The notes under the pieces are model-generated. The model searched no databases and had not been told where the DNA came from. It saw only the letters and a list, made by a program, of their open reading frames with translations. This document shows positions 1-10,963 of a stretch of DNA of 64,000 nt, in pieces; the stretch's first letter is position 1; each line of letters starts with the position of its first letter. Source of the stretch: Setoptus koraiensis (lineage: Eukaryota; Animalia; Arthropoda); contig CM106586.1 of assembly GCA_048013815.1 (NCBI GenBank), positions 5,456,001-5,520,000 on the forward strand. The letters run 5' to 3'. The position numbers were made by a program, and so were the translations under genes.

Positions 1-139
1 ACTCGTGGACCAATACGTAAAAGGCGAGTTGCTGGTGGATGAATTCATCACTCACCGCCGTGAGTCACTCAACGATATCAACGAGGTGTTCAAGCTCTCA
101 GAGTCTGGACAATGTTTGCGTTGTATAATCAAAATGTAA
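1..139 (+). CDS. ADH5: 3' end of zinc-dependent alcohol dehydrogenase class III (S-(hydroxymethyl)glutathione dehydrogenase), partial
   Basis: The frame from base 2 reads LVDQYVKGELLVDEFITHRRESLNDINEVFKLSESGQCLRCIIKM then TAA (137-139). This matches the ADH-III C-terminal pattern LVxxYxxGxLxVDEFITH...INEAF. Only 45 codons are visible. Confidence 0.75.
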   Translation, partial: LVDQYVKGELLVDEFITHRRESLNDINEVFKLSESGQCLRCIIKM

Positions 140-403
140 AATTAATATAGCAAAAGCTATGAATCAATACATATAAGTAAATCAAATCAATCTTCAACTA
201 GAGAGTGAATCAAGTCACTTTGACTTATGTCTGGTTATAGTTTAATGTTTAACTAATCAGTCATTCTTAAGTGAATTTTATCCATATCGGTTATTCCTTG
301 AAATGTGTCGGTCCCATCAATCCTAGTACTACATAATACATAGTACTTAGCAAAGCATAAACAATCTACACGCGTGTTGAGGGCTTGTCTCAAAGTGTCT
401 CCT

Positions 404-3400
404 CTAATGGTTTCCATACTTAGAATTTATCAAAGGATTCTTGATAATCTTCTTCTGCGTGCTATCGTATATCTGTCTACAACAAAAAACAAGTTCTGGG
501 TTTACATCAGCTTTAGGTATTCTATCTTTTCGTGGATTTGTTAAAGGAGGAGCAACAAAGTAATCCATGGGCGAATTTGTCACGCCGACTTGCTCCATAC
601 GTGATCTTTTCCTATAGCGGCAATATTCGTTAAATGTTAAAACATAACACTTATCTTCGATGCACGCCACACTGTTAATGTCACGATGCCGTGAGGCAAA
701 GAGCTCGTCGGGTAAATGGTGGGGCTTCCTTCCCTCTTCCGTGTGTTCAGGTCTATAATACCAAAGTAGACTCATCATTATGCCTGCTAATAAAGAAAAT
801 AAGCATTGGTAATTGTTTAGTATTGAGCTGATTCACACCAAGTTTACAGTTTCAAGAACTTTAAATACTTACCGTCGTTAGGATCTTTCCAAAAATTGGT
901 AATCTTGGCGATAAACGGTAAGTCAGTTTTGCGAGCACCACTTCTCAGAAGAACACTATCCTTCGTCTTTATTATATCACCTTCTATATGCTTGATGGCC
1001 GGATAACAAAGTAGCTTCTGGATAGTAGATTCATTCTGAACGAATAGCATCAAAGATAAGATTAAAGAACTGATCGAAAACTATCCTTCAAGTATGTAGT
1101 AAAAAAAAATAAGTTGTAGAATTGACTTACGGTTAGATTGACAAATTTCTCTTCAGGTGTGCCTTGCAATGTCCATAATCCCTCCAAAGAGCGCTTCTTG
1201 AGAATTTTCTTCTGTGCCTTGCGAGTAGTCGGATCAGAACTCTCGGAAGGACTAGAAATATTGCTTGTGCCTGTTATCGCTTGCTGATTTTGGGATATAG
1301 GACTTCCAACAGAGGGGCTACTGTGAGACTTCGCAGACGAAGATGAGTCTTTGGATTGAGATTTGAGATGATTGACTGAAGATGAGGGTGAAGATGAAGA
1401 CGCGATCTGTGATGTCGCAACCATACTTGGAGTAACTGAACTAGAGTTTGTCGCCTCCGTTCTATCATTGAATGAAGCAACAGCCAAAAGACTAGTTTTT
1501 TCGGTGGCTCCAGAGCTAGGCGGAGCTGGTTTCCTAGCGGAGCTATTAGGCTCTCTATTAGCTCTCGGAGATGGAGTAGCGGCCGGCTTATTCGCACGAC
1601 GCTGTTCATGCTGAGATGTATCCTGAGATTTGCTAGATTTTTTGGTTACAGTAACTCCTTGCGATCTGTTTGAACGCTTCTTAGAAGATGATCCAGAATG
1701 AACACTGCCCGCTGCATGCGTTACTGGTACATCACTAATCAATGAAGATCCGTTGCCAACAGACCTTGTGGGGCTGGAGACGTTTACAGATGGTATCATC
1801 AAATTATGTGAGTTACAATAGGAATCCTGGACTTTATTTTGAGGATCAGTGCCCACAGAGAAGCCGACATCATTAGGACGAGGGTATAGAATAAGGTACG
1901 GTTGTTCGCTGATTCCTATCAAAGGAGGAACACCCAAGGTTTGCATAAATGAGTCTTGATAAGCTTGACTCTGGTTCATTGATGATGGAGGGTTAGGTCT
2001 TGATATCTGATAAGTTAAATTCTTACTAGAATTCCTAGGTATATGTGATGACCCCGCACCGTGCTGGTTCCCTGAGCTATCATAACTATAATATGGACTG
2101 TTGCTTCGCTGTCTTTCTAATGTATTTTGATAATGTGATTGACTCTGATTATTCATTGATGACCTCAGGTTACTTGGATCTGCAACAATTACTGAAGAAT
2201 CATTTGTGCTGTACGATTGATTATATAAGTTAGCAAATTGGTCGAATGATCGATTTGTGTCGCAGAACAGTTCACCAGCAACAGGTGAGGTTTTGATATG
2301 GAGGTTGTTTCTGTTACTCATGTGTTCAGGGGAGGGTTGAGGGTGAGCTTGATATGTCTCAGTCCAACCAGCCCTCTTATGTTCTTTGTTTGCTTGAATT
2401 AATGGTTGACTATATTGATTTGGTACTCTCTGGCTCTGAGCTGAAGAATTCTGATAAAAACCATAGAAGAAAGGGGAGGATGAAGACGGACTAAGCACGG
2501 AACTTGAGGGTGATTGCAAGGGTGTGACACTGGGAATGATGAATGCGTTTTGGTGCAATTGTGAACTTGAAGAGTTGGCTACATCAATCATTGGTATACT
2601 ATTACTATTTAAGGGCCCATCTACATAGGTTCTCTGTAGACTATGCATCTGTGGCTGCAAATGTTGGAGAGACCTGCTTAAAGAGGATGTAATGTTTGTT
2701 CCCATGGAAGTTGATGACTCCTGGGTACATGGATTCTGAATTTGTGTTGAACTACTATTATAAGCAGGACCTCGACCAGTATAAACACGACTAGAACTTG
2801 CTGGCATATTGGGAGCGATTTGCAGGGCATTCTGAATATGTTTGGGCGCTGTCTGAATCACCTGATCTTTAGCACGTCGGTGACAAACCTGACCCTCTCT
2901 ATTTTGCCCTCCAGAAGAAGTTCCTGATGCCTGATTGGTGAAAACTGCAGATGTATCATGTCCAGATGCGATTAAGGTAGATAACGGTTGACTTACAGTT
3001 GTCTGCAGTTCGACATGATAACTCTGACTTGTAGTTGCCTTGGTTCGATGGATTTTGATATGATGTTTCTCTTTTGAATGAATTGCTTTTTGCACTTGAA
3101 TGGTGGATGAATTTGAAGGGCTCGCACCTTTAGATCGAACGTCCTCGGTGGTATTTATTAGCACTTGTGTTACTTTGGGGACATGCACCGACGCATCGAT
3201 TGAGTCACAAATCCTCGATATCGGATCTATAATGAGGTCTGAATGAGTAGAATCTCGTTCGTCCAAAGTAATGTTCTTTGTGTCGCTTATGGAACGATTG
3301 TGCACTGAATCGAGAGTTCTATTTGCAACTTTTTTTTCTTGATTTTTTTCTAAATTTCGAATTTTAACTGATGGATCGATATCCTTTCTCGAGTATGTTC

Positions 3401-4658
3401 TGACTTCAACCATCTTCGAAGTTCCCTCGCTTGCAATGTGGTTCGGACTGCTTGTGGAGGTGTTGGACGTACATGAAATCTTCTCTGATTTTTTAAATGA
3501 ATTTATTAGAACCTTCTTGGGTGGATCAGGAGTTATAGATGTATTGCATGTTTTTACATTTTGTTGTTTCTTTTTTTCTTTCAAGTTCTTCAAGGCTGAC
3601 TCTTGCCTCAACAAAGCAGCTGGAGGACCATTACTAGAAACGATATAATCCGAGGTGCAGGTGGCGTGCATGAAGGCAGATGCATTTAGGTTTGCCTGGC
3701 GTTTGCACTTTTTTGTATCTATAATCTCAATATCATCGTGGGACGAGCGTTTGTTCTTCTGTATGCTAGATGCTGGGGTTACTTCTTTTCCTTTTTGAAG
3801 TCTCAGAGATGACTCAAGTTGATGCACGATAGAATTATTCGCTGACCTGACAGGTAGTGAACGAAGCTTCCTGACGTTTGTCTTAACATCTTCCGCTGAG
3901 TCTTCTTTTTTGCCGGGAGTTCTTGTCAGATCAGGAGTAGAAATACTTGGTTGTTGTTGTTTACAATTAGTATACCCGTCATCGTATAATAGATGAACTT
4001 TTGCTCTGGCATTCAAGCTCGCAACTCTCGAATGCCTACCACCAAGAGTTGATGTGGATGTTTTTGGGGCTGAATTTGGCCTTCGCCTATCTTTTGAGGA
4101 GACATTTTTCATGCATGTAGTTTCATGGTTGCCTTGATTTCTCGAAGATGTCCTCAGGTTTATATCAACATTACTAAGATCGTCTTTATTTACAGATGAA
4201 TTTGCGGAGGAAATAGATGAACGGGTCACACGAATCGATGGAGATTCGTCGGTAGAAGAGTCCGAAGTTGTGGGACCATTGTTGCTTTCTGCATGCTTTC
4301 TAGATGAATGAGATCGGCCGGTGTAGACCTTGTCATCTTGTTTCTGTTTTGTTGATAATGGTTCCGTTTTAATATTATTGGGTGTGATACTCTGAGGTCG
4401 GTTCCTGGGCCTTTGCAACTCGATTGTCTTGACAATAGCGATCGCCTTGGCCCGGCGAAGGGACCTTGAGGCATCTACAACATTCCGTGTTGGCTCTTTT
4501 GTCTGGAATCGTCGTTTTATATTAGATTTGCATATTGTTGTTGCTGGTTTAGTAGAGACCTTGTTAGATGATCCAGATGATTTTCGATCAATGACGCGTG
4601 GGCCTCCGCTCTGCCGTGAAAGAGCCTCTTCGGATGACCTGGCTCTCGTTTTGGCCAT
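404..4658 (-). CDS. BAHD1: BAH domain-containing chromatin protein, BAHD1-like (~1356 aa, 3 exons)
   Basis: Exons 4658-1131, 1035-873 and 783-404 join in frame through GT-AG introns (phases 0 and 1). The C-terminal BAH domain (DSVLLRSGARKTDLPFIAKITNFW...MMSLLWYYRPEH...ELFASRHRDINSVACIEDKCYVLTFNEYCR...PELVFCCRQIYD...IIKNP) closely follows vertebrate BAHD1. The RVASLNA motif is present in a long Ser/Gln-rich disordered N-terminus. Confidence 0.88.
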
Positions 4659-4810
4659 GGTAAATTTTGGAGGAACAGTCCTCCAAATTAAGACAATATG
4701 TTTGATATAATTTCTCTTTGATTATAGTTCTTGTGATATAACTTATAGGAATATGCAACTACATTTATATATGTATAATATATATTTATTTAACTGCATA
4801 TGTATCTATG

Positions 4811-4864
4811 TATATATATATATAGATTTATATATATATACCTATATATATATATATATATATA
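4811..4864. repeat. Interrupted (TA)n microsatellite cluster
   Basis: (TA)7, GATTTA, (TA)5, CC, (TA)11, directly upstream of BAHD1. The last tract with its flanks forms the palindrome ACC(TA)11GGT at 4840-4867. Confidence 0.9.
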
Positions 4865-5575
4865 GGTGTGTATGAATGTGTATAGATCTTTATACTCTTA
4901 TTTTTCACATTTGATAGGTTTCTTTAATATTGAGGTGCTACCGATGGAGCAATAGTGATAATAATAATTCAATATAATGATATCAATCTGATGTGTATAC
5001 ATAGAATAGTGCATAATAGTGGTGATAAAAACAATTTAATGCAGAGACTGCAGCTTATACACCATTTAAAATAACAAGGAATAGATGAAATGAAATTAGA
5101 CCAATTCTAGTGCAGTAGTCGCAAGCGCACACAGTTCTTTTATCCTTATTCTCTCTGGATGAAGAGAAACACGAAGGCTACAAAAGGTGGGAGTGAGAAG
5201 GAAAAAAAACATGAGCAGAGTGGGGGAGCAAAAGAGATAGGGAGATTTAGCGGGAGGCAAAAGGGAGAGAAAAAGCGCTTCTACACAACGCTGATCAGCA
5301 GATTTATAGGATGAACAGCAAAAGCGGCAACAACACAAATACACAGTTGATAGAATCGTGCTAACATTGATGCTCACAGCCCTACAAACAGAAAACAGTA
5401 TAAATAAATGTCAATGCCAAAGTCAGAGATAATAAGACAAAAAGAAAATCACTAATGTATAATTAATATTAAAGGCACTCTTAGAATCAAGGTCGTTTCC
5501 ACAAATATATATTATTACTATTTTCATTCATTCGATTCACATTAAGAAAATATGTAGAAATCACTTTTGGTCCCA

Positions 5576-7057
5576 CTACTTTCCTGTTGCTTTCTTACGA
5601 GCAACTTCATATCCTTCCATATCTATTGTGAGTCCCATTTCCTCACCTATCAATCTAGTCAGATCAACAGGGAAACCGTAGGTATCATACAATGTCCAAG
5701 CAACATTGCCAGGGATAACTTTGACATCGCCTTGCAAAGCATTGACAGCCTTCTCGAAGTATCTCTTGCCTCTAGTTAGTGTCTTGAGAAATTGTGTCTC
5801 CTCCTTATTGATCACATCCATAATGTGCTGGGTATCTTTTTTTACCTCGGGGAAAACATCGCCCAATAACTCAACGACCACATCAACTAACGAAGCAAAC
5901 ATACCAGGTTTGGCACCAAGTTTTTCCTGACAATAGCGAACAGCCCTACGCAGGATTCTTCTCAATACATATCCCTGTCCAGTGTTGCTAGGCATGCCAC
6001 CATCTGCTAGGGCAACAGTAAGTGTTCGAATGTGATCGGCGACAACGCGGTAAGCCATGTCGATACCGTCTACATCCTCTGGACCTATTTTGGCCGTATA
6101 TGGTCTACAAGATGTCCTTGTTTCAATAGCTTCAAATATTGGCGTAAAGACATCTGTGTCGTAATTAGAGGCTTTTTCTTGCATAACTGCAACCAATCTT
6201 TCAAATCCTGCACCGGTGTCGACATACTTCTTGGGGAGTGATTCCAGGGTTTGGTCGGGCTTCCTGTTATATTGAATAAATACTAGATTCCATATTTCTA
6301 TTACCTCAGGATCGTCTTGGTTCACTAAGGCCGCGGCGTCCCGCTGTCCAACCTTGTCGAAATGAAGTTCGGTACAGGGTCCACATGGTCCCGTGTCGCC
6401 CATCTCCCAAAAGTTGTCCTTCATACCAAAGGGCAAAACTCTCTCGGGTGGGACACCCAAGTCGAGCCACATTTGTTTACATTCTTCATCAGCTTCTAAT
6501 CCAGCTTTTTCATCACCACCGAAATAAGTGACATAAATACGTTCGGAGGGTAGCTTGTAGACTTGAGTTAGTAGCTCCCAAGCCCATGCACAAGCTTCCT
6601 TTTTGAAGTAGTCCCCAAATGACCAGTTGCCAAGCATTTCAAAGAATGTATGATGATAGGTATCTTTTCCCACATCATCCAGATCGTTATGCTTGCCACC
6701 AGCACGGATACATTTTTGCGAATTTGTGGCACGCTTGTAGGATGCCAATTCACTCTCAGGGTCTACTGTACCTAAGAATATTGGTTTAAACTAAATGTGA
6801 TATTGATGCAAAGCACATACAAAAATCGAGAAAAGTTAGATCGTGTCAGGTAGTTCTTAAATTACACCGGCAAAATGACAAATGGGGATAATTCGGGCGG
6901 TTGGTATTATATCTGTCTAACTTACTTGGTTCATGCCAGCATTGGCAAACAGTAGAGTTGGGTCATCTTTAGGGATGACAGGCGACGATGGGACGTGCTT
7001 ATGGTTTTTTTCGACGAAAAAATCAATGAATTGGCGTCTTATTGAAGTAGAATCCAT
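5576..7057 (-). CDS. AARS1: Cytosolic-type alanyl-tRNA synthetase, aminoacylation module only (448 aa, 2 exons)
   Basis: Exon 1 (7057-6926) reads [14 protein letters not shown]...[14 protein letters not shown], followed by a GTAAGT donor. Exon 2 (6790-5576) reads FKPIFLG...[19 protein letters not shown]...[15 protein letters not shown]...[14 protein letters not shown]...EIWNLVF...DTGAGFERL...[11 protein letters not shown]-like [14 protein letters not shown]...[12 protein letters not shown], then TAG after KKATGK. Confidence 0.93.
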
Positions 7058-7761
7058 TTCTTGTCTAATTGTCAATAATTAATTTGGATTAGAGATGATT
7101 CGAGTGTGGACTTTTTGTTAATCAATAAATAATATTGGGTGTTTATTGGTCAAGTCGGCCAGATGATTGAGGTTACGGCATTGATTAAATGGTGTGACGA
7201 GTGAATGGAGAGAGAAACGAAAAGAATATCCATATGCAAAGATACCATAGGGCTACCAACCGGGCTGGACCGGTTTTAAGTCACGCCCACTCGGGTATTC
7301 ACACACCTTCTGATAGGCTTGTGAACGTGGAATTATGATTCATGATAATGGACAGAAGCCATGTTTTACAGAGAGAGGAAAAAATGTGTATCATCAATTT
7401 CCGACCGGACACGGGCGGCACCATGCGCTCGGATATGCGATTGCCTCATTCACAAAGGCTTTGCCGATTTGGATGAAAATACCCTCTCCTGAAACACATA
7501 GCCACAAATGTATGGACGTTGTATAGAAATGTGCTCATTTGGGGCAACACAAACTGCACACGCATGCAACAGGAGATTTGCCGATTCCTATCCTCTCTGT
7601 TACACCATGAAAGGCGTAAAACACCGTTGGAATGCCTTAATATAATTGGATAATAAGACATACGATCCCTTGCTTTTGCTTCTGACCATTCTTATCTAAG
7701 TGGCTCGGTTTTTCAACACACAAGAACTCTACATTTTATTTAGCTAGTAATGAATTCGGTA

Positions 7762-9201
7762 TTATCCGATATTCTTGAATCTGTTGATGGTTTCGTCATC
7801 TAGACTGCCCTCTTTGGCCAGCATCTCCACCATATCAGCCCCTTTAGTTGCACCGGGATCAGATTGCATCTCCCTAGCGATGTTCTTCATTCTGTTTCTA
7901 AGCTCTGAATCATTGACAATCTCATCGATGGCCTGTAGGACCTCACGTTCCACGGGTCGAAACGGATCAAATCTTTTCCCGAATCCCTTATCTACTACCC
8001 TTTGGGCGTTGTCTATTTGATCGCCGAATGCTGGCATCACTATCATTGGACAACCAAAATAGAAGCATTCAGTAAGCGAATTGTTTCCTCCGTGTATGAT
8101 GGCCATATCCACTTGTGACAATGCCTCCAATTGAGGTAGAAACATTTTCCCCCACATATTTTCGGCCAATTCATACTGGTCCCCGTGGGAGCCTTTGGCA
8201 ACAATAAAAAAATGTTCGGATTTAGACAGAATGTCTACTAGACCCGTCATAAGGGCCACATCACCGCTTGCTAATGAGCCCATAGAGAAAAATATTAACT
8301 TCTTGCCTGATTTTCTTTTGGCCTCGATGATATTGTTCATGTCGCTTAATGTTACATCGCTTGTCTCGCAGCTACGTAATAATGAAGTGCATCTAATCCA
8401 ACGTTTCGGATAGACAAATCTCTCGTCGTAATCGACACACTTCGGAAACATGTACAAATTGAGATGGGGCGAATCGTGAGCCGTTGCAAAGGCGTCGCTC
8501 AATGGGGGGCATCCCATATTTTGCAGCCAAGCGTCCCAATCGGCACGCGATTGTTGTATTTTATCAGCAATGATACTCTTATGATTATTCCATTCTTGCT
8601 TGTGCTCTAGCCATATTTCTGGCTTATCATCAGTCGATTGTTTGTTTGGTATGGAGAAACCTGAAAATGCTGGTGGACTATCTTCATGGTTGTTCAATAA
8701 TGCTAGAGGATTTGCTGAGTAAACACGTACCCATGGCCTCTTGTTTGTAACTATGCAGGGTGGAATGAAGTAATTGTCAATAACAATGACGTGAGGATCA
8801 ATATTCTCGATGATTTCATTGTACTTATCATCGTAATGCTTGATTTCGTTAATCATGACTGAGTCAAACAAGTCGTTTGTACTTAGAAAAGCCTGGAGAG
8901 GAGGCATGCGAAAGTATTTGCGACATTTTTCCATTATTACTGGCCATTTTGATGCACCCGTATACACTTGATCATTATTTTCCCGGTCAATCCAAGCCTC
9001 CGTATCCTCGATAATAAACACCTCGTGACCTTGTTGTTGCACTGTTGGCATCAACATTGGACCCAGTACCACGAATGTAGTTTCGAAGCCACGTTGCTTC
9101 AATATATCGGCTATTCCCAACAAGGAATTTAAGTGACCTGGAGAATTCAGTGATGTAAAGAGCGCTCTAGGCTTCCTCTCTTTTTCAATTTTCGCCTCCA
9201 T
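7762..9201 (-). CDS. UDP-glycosyltransferase (GT1), cytosolic mite/bacterial type, 479 aa, intronless
   Basis: Catalytic His in NSPGHLN near the N-terminus, FFSMGS, and the UDP-sugar signature FLPQLEALSQVDMAIIHGGNNSLTECFYFGCPMIVMPAFGDQIDNA. There is no signal peptide and no C-terminal TM anchor. SPHLNLYMFP..DY resembles spider-mite UGTs. Confidence 0.92.
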   Translation of the reverse strand: MEAKIEKERKPRALFTSLNSPGHLNSLLGIADILKQRGFETTFVVLGPMLMPTVQQQGHEVFIIEDTEAWIDRENNDQVYTGASKWPVIMEKCRKYFRMPPLQAFLSTNDLFDSVMINEIKHYDDKYNEIIENIDPHVIVIDNYFIPPCIVTNKRPWVRVYSANPLALLNNHEDSPPAFSGFSIPNKQSTDDKPEIWLEHKQEWNNHKSIIADKIQQSRADWDAWLQNMGCPPLSDAFATAHDSPHLNLYMFPKCVDYDERFVYPKRWIRCTSLLRSCETSDVTLSDMNNIIEAKRKSGKKLIFFSMGSLASGDVALMTGLVDILSKSEHFFIVAKGSHGDQYELAENMWGKMFLPQLEALSQVDMAIIHGGNNSLTECFYFGCPMIVMPAFGDQIDNAQRVVDKGFGKRFDPFRPVEREVLQAIDEIVNDSELRNRMKNIAREMQSDPGATKGADMVEMLAKEGSLDDETINRFKNIG

Positions 9202-9808
9202 GTTTGATGAGGTGTTTGGTAGTATACGGTAGAAGACGAACTAATCAATTCTTTGATTAGGTTTGAATTTGTTACTCTAAGCAGATACCTCAGACATTGT
9301 TAGGCACTTGTTTTGGTGCAATGATGGTGCTTTTTTTAAGTCTACCCTGTTGATTTGCACGTAGATTGCATCTTCAAAGTATTGATTGTGGCAAGATAAT
9401 CGTTGTTACTTGTGATGAATTAGACAAATGCTCGATAACAATTGCATGCTGCACATGTTGCTCACTTTCGACAATCATCGAGCTAATCTTAAGTTAACAA
9501 TCAGAAAAGAAAATCTTACAACCATAGAATGAAGCAACTTGTCGATGGTGGGTGTTGGCCTTGACATTCTTCATTCGTCATCATGATATGTGGAAGTGTT
9601 AGAGATATGCAACCACCTCCACAGTGATTAGCAAAAGTTGTCTTTATCTCAATGATTACAATGAATCAGTAGCTCTACTAACGATAGTTTCTGCCTATAA
9701 ACCTTCAATATCGTTCGGCCAAATTTCTTTATTTACTTTCGTTGTCTTACTTGACCAGTATGATCGCTTTTTCATTTGATTAATCAAATAAAGAGGACCA
9801 ATCCACAT

Positions 9809-10963
9809 CTAGAATTGTTTGAATTTAACAGTGACTTGGTGTTTTTCCTCATGATCTATCACTTGCAACTCATTCTTCCTTAAGAAATCACATATTTCCT
9901 CGATATAATACAATGATTCTAGATAAAAACCGCGTTCTATAGTTTCTAGAATTGTCTGCTCCGAGAGACTTATGAATTTCGACAGGATAGTGTCTGATAG
10001 ATTCTTCTTATAAATGGCAAATACAGCAAGATCGTAAATTGTCTCTACAGGTATACATAATGAAAGAACATAGGCTTTATAAGAAGATTGTAGGTCATCT
10101 GAAGTTAGATTGCCCTCGGACTTCATTTTGTTGTAGATATTGGAGGCAAGAATGCTTTTCCCCGATTCTGTGACAGTGTCAATTGATTTCAGTTCTGCCT
10201 TGGCCCAACCTGATTTTCCGTTTGTCAAAGCGCGTATAAAATTTTGAGTAAACCTATCTGGAACTACAATACCTAATGCATTGCTAGCGATTTTTTCCAT
10301 CATACCACCATGGTTATCCTGGATCTGAAGTAAATCTTCCTCTACTCTATCGTCCATATCAAACAGGCATTCCTTCACTCTCGATTCAACCAGATCATTG
10401 ACAACATCAAAATATGTCTCAGTTTTTATTTTTCTTGCATCGGCAATAAAATGCAACCTAGAGTTGCACTTGAGGACATCAAATAATAACTGAAGATTTT
10501 TTGAGAGGCATATCTCCCTAATATCCCTGGTCTCATGTTCTGCCACCAGTAGGTTATCCAAGATAGGCAAGCACTCATCGTTAACCATCTTCGAAGTATT
10601 CATATACATGTCAAATAATCTTGTGTCTATTACAGAGTTCACTTTCTTTTGCGCACTAATACTCCAAGTTCTATTGCTGCCCGTTTGGCGAGACTTCTTT
10701 ATACAAAAGTCCACAACTACCAGCTCTCGCATATGCAGGCGTATCCTATAATTGTTTTGTTTGAACTTTTCCACCATATCTACGCATTCTGTGTAGCTTG
10801 GCATAGGTATCCTATTGGACGAGTCGGAAAAAGACTGTTTTTCGCTAACAAATAGCTGCAGTAAAGGGCGATTCGTCCAATCGCCTGCATCACAATGGAC
10901 ATCCACACAGCATAACACCAACAGAGTGCACATAAACGGCCATTTAAGACAAGGTTTCGGCAT
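9809..10963 (-). CDS. Uncharacterised, predicted secreted protein, 384 aa, single exon
   Basis: 1155-bp ATG-to-stop ORF with ordinary globular composition. The N-terminus MPKPCLKWPFMCTLLVLCCVDVHC looks like a signal peptide. I recognise no domain. Confidence 0.72.
   Translation of the reverse strand: MPKPCLKWPFMCTLLVLCCVDVHCDAGDWTNRPLLQLFVSEKQSFSDSSNRIPMPSYTECVDMVEKFKQNNYRIRLHMRELVVVDFCIKKSRQTGSNRTWSISAQKKVNSVIDTRLFDMYMNTSKMVNDECLPILDNLLVAEHETRDIREICLSKNLQLLFDVLKCNSRLHFIADARKIKTETYFDVVNDLVESRVKECLFDMDDRVEEDLLQIQDNHGGMMEKIASNALGIVVPDRFTQNFIRALTNGKSGWAKAELKSIDTVTESGKSILASNIYNKMKSEGNLTSDDLQSSYKAYVLSLCIPVETIYDLAVFAIYKKNLSDTILSKFISLSEQTILETIERGFYLESLYYIEEICDFLRKNELQVIDHEEKHQVTVKFKQF

Noticed and set aside
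5096-5377. 93-aa ORF downstream of AlaRS, considered as a missing AlaRS exon
   Set aside because: It is Cys/Leu/Phe-rich pyrimidine-tract translation with no editing-domain motifs (no HxxxH, no GGQ). It is more likely UTR or intron sequence of BAHD1.
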